Of a stretch of 62,000 bases of DNA, positions 58,945 to 62,000 are shown in pieces (the first letter of the stretch is position 1; each line of letters starts with the position of its first letter). The DNA comes from Malacoraja senta (lineage: Eukaryota). The translations under genes and the position numbers were made by a program. A model generated the notes under the pieces. That model had not been told where the DNA came from, made no database searches, and worked only from the letters and a program-made list of their open reading frames with translations. The stretch lies in the NCBI GenBank assembly GCA_038087875.1, contig CM075990.1, forward strand, positions 1,240,001 through 1,302,000, written 5' to 3'.

Positions 58945-61742
58945 GCTAAAGGTCTAAAAATCATCCATTTGAACATTAGGAGTCTTCTTCCAAAGATAGA
59001 TTTAATTAGAGTTTGGATTGCACAGAATAAACCTGACATAATAACATTTTCAGAAACATGGTTACATAGTGAAATTTGTGATAATGATATTCATATTGAT
59101 AATTTTGTATTATATAGAGCAGATAGGCCTACGAGAGCTGGAGGTGTGGCTTGTTATGTGTCAACTTGCTTTATATCTGAACCTGCCATCCCTAAAGCAA
59201 CCTCATTCCTCTTGAAAGCCTTTCTATTAGGTTAAAACTTCATGAGAATAAACATCTAATTATCGGCACTATCTATCGACCCCCCCTGTTCATCCTGACT
59301 CAACTAAGTCCTAATTTCCACTCTCACCTCTACTGAACACCCATGTGAATTAGTGCTTCTTGGTGACTTCAATAAAAACTGGCTCGATCACTCCTCTTCT
59401 AACGACAAACACTTGCTTAAAAGTATAAACCTGACCCAGTTAATCAACGAACCTACCAGAGTTCATGGCAATTCTACATCACTATTTAGATTGGATTCTT
59501 GTTACCCATCCTGACCGAATCTTAACATCTGGTGTTTTGTCAGATTGCTTTAGCGATCATTCTGCTATTTTCTGTGTGTGGAAGATTAAACCTTCCCGTC
59601 TCCCTCCTAAACATATTCGTGTTAGACAATGTAGAAAATTTAATTATGATAATTACATGCATGACCTGATTGCAATAAACTGGGACAGGTTTCAACTTAT
59701 ACCAACTGTCGAGGATGCCTGGAATTATTTATACACTGAAGTCACAAGAGTTATCGATAAGCATGCCCCCTGGAGAGAAATAAAAGTCAAGGGAAAACAT
59801 TTACCATGGATTAGTGCTGATTTGATCAACCTTTTTAATGAGCGGGCTAAAGTCTGGAAGACTTTCAGGGAAACAAAGGACCCTGCTGATTGGGAAAAAT
59901 ATAGGTCCTTAAGGAATCAGTGTACGACAAAAACACGTAATGCTAAATCAAGTCATTTTAAAAAACATCTTTCTGAAGACATGCATAATCCAAAAAAGTT
60001 TTGGAAAAGATTAAACAATGTTCTTAATAACTCAAATCAAAATATCAGCACTCAGATTCGGGTCAATAATGACATCATTCAGGACCCTGCTGTTATATCC
60101 AATGCTTTCAACCAGCACTTCTCCACTGTATGTAGCTCTACTGTATTTGATTCATCTATTATATGTGACTTTCCAGCTACCTCTACAAGTAGAAGCTCGT
60201 TTTCTTTAAAAAAAATTAAACCTGTTGACGTTCAACATGTTATTAATGAATTAAAGGATGATTGTGGATCTGGACCAGCTGGTATTGAGACTAAATTCAT
60301 TAAGTTAGGAGCTAATATTTTAATGTACCCACTATGCGACCTGTTTAATTTGTCCTTCTCAACTTGTACACTCCCTTCCGCATGGAAGTGTGCCAATGTT
60401 ACTCCACTGCATAAGGGAGGCGACCCACAAGATATTAACAATTACCGCCCCATCTCAATTATCAACTCGGTGGCTAAAATCCTCGAGAAACTAGTGTTCA
60501 ACCAGCTATCACATTATGTCTCAACTTTCAATATTCTATCTCCATGCCAGTCTGGGTTCAGACCTAAACACTCCACAACTACAGCTCTGTTTACCAGCGA
60601 TGTGTTCACTGCTTCCGAGGATGGTAAACTCACCGGTGCCATCTTTCTTGATCTAACCAAGGCCTTTGATGTTGTTGACCACTACCTACTGCTTGATAAA
60701 CTTTACTCTATTGGTCTTTCTCAAAACAATCTACTGTGGTTTAACTCATACCTTCATAACAGACGCCAATGTGTCACCATTAATGGAAGTCAATCCAATT
60801 CCTTAATTGTTGAGAAGGGGGTCCCGCAAGGTTCGTCCTTGGGACCACTCCTTTTCTCTATTTTCATAAACGACCTCCCTAATATCTGTTCTGACTGTCA
60901 AATACAACTATATGCCGATGATGCGGTGCTATATACATCTAGTACAAACAAGTCTGAAATTGAAAGAACCCTTCAATCAGATCTTATTTCTGTTATTATT
61001 TAACAAATTAATTTTAAATAAAAATAAATCATGCAGTATGTTATTTGGTACCAGACAAGGCCTTGGTAATTCTGTAGATCTGACTATATCATTTAATGAA
61101 GGATCACCATTAGAACAAGTATTGAACTTCAAATATCTTGGTGTTTGGCTTGACCCAACGCTTTCATTTACGCAGCATAGTGAGACGATTACTAAAGAAC
61201 TTAGCTGTAATCTAGCTATTCTTTACCGCCATATAAATTGTTTCACCTTTCAGATGAGAAAAAGAATTGTCTCTCAACTACTACTACCAACACTGGATTA
61301 TGCTGATATTGTCTATCAGAATACATTTGATATACATCTTCAACCCCTTAATGTAGTTTATAATAGTCTTTGCAGATTTATTTTAAGGTGTCCATATATA
61401 ACTCACCACTGTTCTATGTACGAAACTCTAAACTGGTTATCCCCCCACGCTCGAAGATGCTACCACTGGTTCCAGTTCATCTTTAAATGCATCCACCTCA
61501 ATTACCCTTCTTATTTAACACAAGACCTATTACCATACACACCCTCATATTCACTAAGACATATTCAGCAACCCTTCTTTTTCATTCCAAGAACTAACAA
61601 AGAAATTGGGAGATGTGCATTTAAATACAAAGCTCCTTCTGACTGGAACACTCTGCCTAGTACCATAAGAACTATTAGTTCATTTCGTCTATTTAAAAAT
61701 ACACTTTTACCTTTCCTTATAAAACCATGTACCTGTTTCTAG
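58945..61742 (+). pseudogene. LINE ORF2 (AP endonuclease + RT), about three frameshifts
   Basis: HLNIRSL, SETWL, GDFN, SDH; NYRPISI, QSGFRPKHST, DLTKAFD, GVPQGSSLGPLLF, YADD; C-terminal AFKYKAPSDWNTLP. Confidence 0.9.
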
Positions 61743-62000
61743 TATTAGAGTCTTCGAGCTCCTTTATCTAGCTTGCTCTGAGTGTGATCATTTGGCATAA
61801 TTATTGTATATGCATGGCCATTACACTTATGTATTATTGTATTGCATAGTGTAACAAGGTCTTATATTGTATTATGTCACAATATCATGAAATAATATAT
61901 TATGTAATAATGTTGATAGTATGTATTAACGTACGATGTATGATAGGTGGTATATGGTATTATGCACTAACATTATGCTGTAACACATAACTTTTGTTAT

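Larger units (their letters stand above)
57330..62000 (+). mobile_element. Near full-length CR1/L2-group LINE with an L1-type ORF1 (3' UTR runs to the window end)
   Basis: 5' caagatggc, ORF1, spacer, APE-RT ORF2 and AT-rich 3' UTR, all collinear on the plus strand. Confidence 0.85.

Overview
Eukaryotic, repeat-dense vertebrate DNA. The host is most likely an elasmobranch (shark/skate/ray), inferred from abundant V-SINE/HE1-type SINEs and CR1/HER1-type LINE tails. The only host gene I can identify is the 3' half of arachidonate 5-lipoxygenase (ALOX5): eight + strand exons (1359-20599) with GT-AG junctions and exon sizes matching human exons 7-14. Most of the rest is nested mobile DNA: CR1 LINEs, Rex1/Babar fragments, Penelope-like elements with minimal hammerhead-ribozyme motifs, a DD34E Tc1 element, a 1.8-kb TIR element with a 7-bp TSD carrying a spliced Tudor/Spindlin-like mini-ORF, a young Gypsy element with apparently identical LTRs, a rearranged BEL/Pao element with a nested DIRS1 element, and a near full-length CR1/L2-group LINE with an L1-type ORF1. 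The most unusual signal is the BEL/Pao LTR. It ends in a 52-bp hairpin, has a poly(A) signal at the loop, and has no tRNA PBS; instead, 11 nt inside the LTR are complementary to the 11 nt just after it, which is the Tf1-type self-priming layout. All analysis was by eye. TE boundaries without a TSD are approximate.
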